Of a stretch of 64,000 nucleotides of DNA, positions 62,672 through 64,000 are shown one piece after another (position 1 is the first letter of the stretch; each line of letters begins with the position of its first letter). The notes under the pieces are model-generated. The model ran no database searches, was not told where the DNA came from, and saw only the letters and a program-made list of their open reading frames with translations. Source of the stretch: Tubiluchus corallicola (taxonomy: Eukaryota > Animalia > Priapulida). The stretch lies in NCBI GenBank assembly GCA_030141605.1, contig JAQGDQ010000131.1, positions 1 through 64,000 on the forward strand, given 5' to 3'. The translations under genes and the position numbers were made by a program.

Positions 62672-63036
62672 GTAAATATTTATAATAATGCGTAGTTAGT
62701 TTCCTAATATTAATAGTAGCGTGTGTAACACTTGCTCAATAACCAACTTTTATTAATTAAAATTTGTGCTGCAGTTATCTGTGAAATTGTGTTTATTTCC
62801 CTATGGCCTATGCAAACGCTTGTTGCCATGTTACTCTTTATGGTGCCTACTACTACAGTATTAGTTCAGAATAGTCGGTATCATCTTCTGCATTGCTTGC
62901 AAAATCTTTTAAAAAGTAATTTTTGATTGGAGATGTTAAGTGGCCGAGTTCAGCGTGAAACGTAAGTTCATGTTCTAGCCTCTAGTTCTTTGCTGTTGCA
63001 TACATTTTACCATTCGTTAGCTAGTCGACTATTTAT

Positions 63037-63796
63037 CGAGATTACAAAATACTGATATTTCTTTATAAATATATCAATAAACTGAGCATTCCGTTTATAA
63101 ACAATCCCTTATCATTCATTCCTGATGCCACTTTAAACAATAGAACACACAATTTAAAGCAAATTACAGTAAACAATAAATTTGGAAATAACTCTATATC
63201 AAAACAAGCCATACATTTATGGAACTTACTACCCAGTGAAATAAAACAAATAGAATCTCTCCACAACTTTAAAAAGAAATTAAAAGAATATCAATGTAAC
63301 AGGTTTCAACTTCCAAATTATGCATCTGATACTAATTGCACAGACTCAACTTTCATCTACCCCCGCCCCTGACTCCATAAAACGATTAAGAATGTAAAAT
63401 TTTTAAAAAATTATGTAATGTAATACGTGTTATGTTAGTTTTATAATGTCAAATGTATGAATAGTGTAAATGTAATGAGTGAAATTTATGTAATGTAAAG
63501 CATGTTTCTGTCAATTGTGTCATGTCAAATGTATATATAGTGTAAAATATGTCATGTAAAATTTAATGTACTTTTGTAATTTTGTTTTGTAAAAATATTT
63601 TAATATGTGTTTGTAAATATGTCCATTTATTGTATATAATTAGACCTTAGTTTTGCATTTTAGTTTTTTTAGTATGCACTGGATGCATTTGTCTTGAACA
63701 GTGTTGTTATCTTAACATTACGCTGAGGCTTGCTCAATTTTATTATAATGAGTGAACCATTTTAACGACAAATAAAAAATTAATAATAATAATAAT
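63037..63796 (+). mobile_element. 5'-truncated LINE related to the 16440-21835 element
   Basis: 63037-63372 translates to RDYKILIFLYKYINKL...SISKQAIHLWNLLPSEIK...FKKKLK...FIYPRP*, colinear with the ORF2 C-terminus RDYQTLLFLYKYINN...SITKQAIQLWNSLP...FIFPRPY*. Shared 3' UTR motif, AATAAA and (TAA)n tail. Confidence 0.88.
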
Positions 63797-64000
63797 AGTT
63801 AGGTGTTTGCATCTCAGAAAAGCATTGCACAAAAACAGGTGCTGTACCTCTCAGTTCAGAGGTGTTGTGACATAGTATACACGTTTGAAAGTTCTTACAT
63901 GAGCACAGCAGTAAACTTGAAATTTGAATTTTAAACATAAAGTTTGTCGAGTTTTTGTGTATCACACTAAATGTTGTACAGTAGCACTGCACTTAACTTT

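Overview
AT-rich, intron-containing animal genomic DNA, probably a protostome invertebrate (inference from calsyntenin similarity to arthropod sequences). From left to right: (1) an intronless class A GPCR on the minus strand (477-1523), apparently nested in an intron of (2) a 5'-truncated DNMT3 de novo DNA methyltransferase gene (9 exons, 2365-14257; ADD and catalytic domains); (3) a nearly full-length CR1/L2-group LINE (~16440-21835) with a coiled-coil plus SGNH-esterase ORF1 and an intact 1218-aa ORF2; (4) an 18-exon calsyntenin gene (22213-59743, ~930 aa); (5) the first exon of an unidentified gene (62270-62671) followed by a 3' fragment of a related LINE. Introns hold Tc1/mariner-pogo, hAT and piggyBac-type MITEs, SINE-like repeats and a decayed LINE. 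The most striking feature is LINE ORF2. It starts with ~220 aa of predicted multi-pass membrane protein, followed by a 2A-like StopGo motif (GGIESNPG|P) and then APE endonuclease and reverse transcriptase, so the retrotransposon may co-produce a separate membrane protein. Also notable: two inverted ~0.9-kb MITE copies bracket two DNMT3 catalytic-domain exons (a circRNA/dsRNA substrate), and the two LINE copies share a 3' RNA structure with a compensatory base change. All calls were read by eye; no searches or computations were run.
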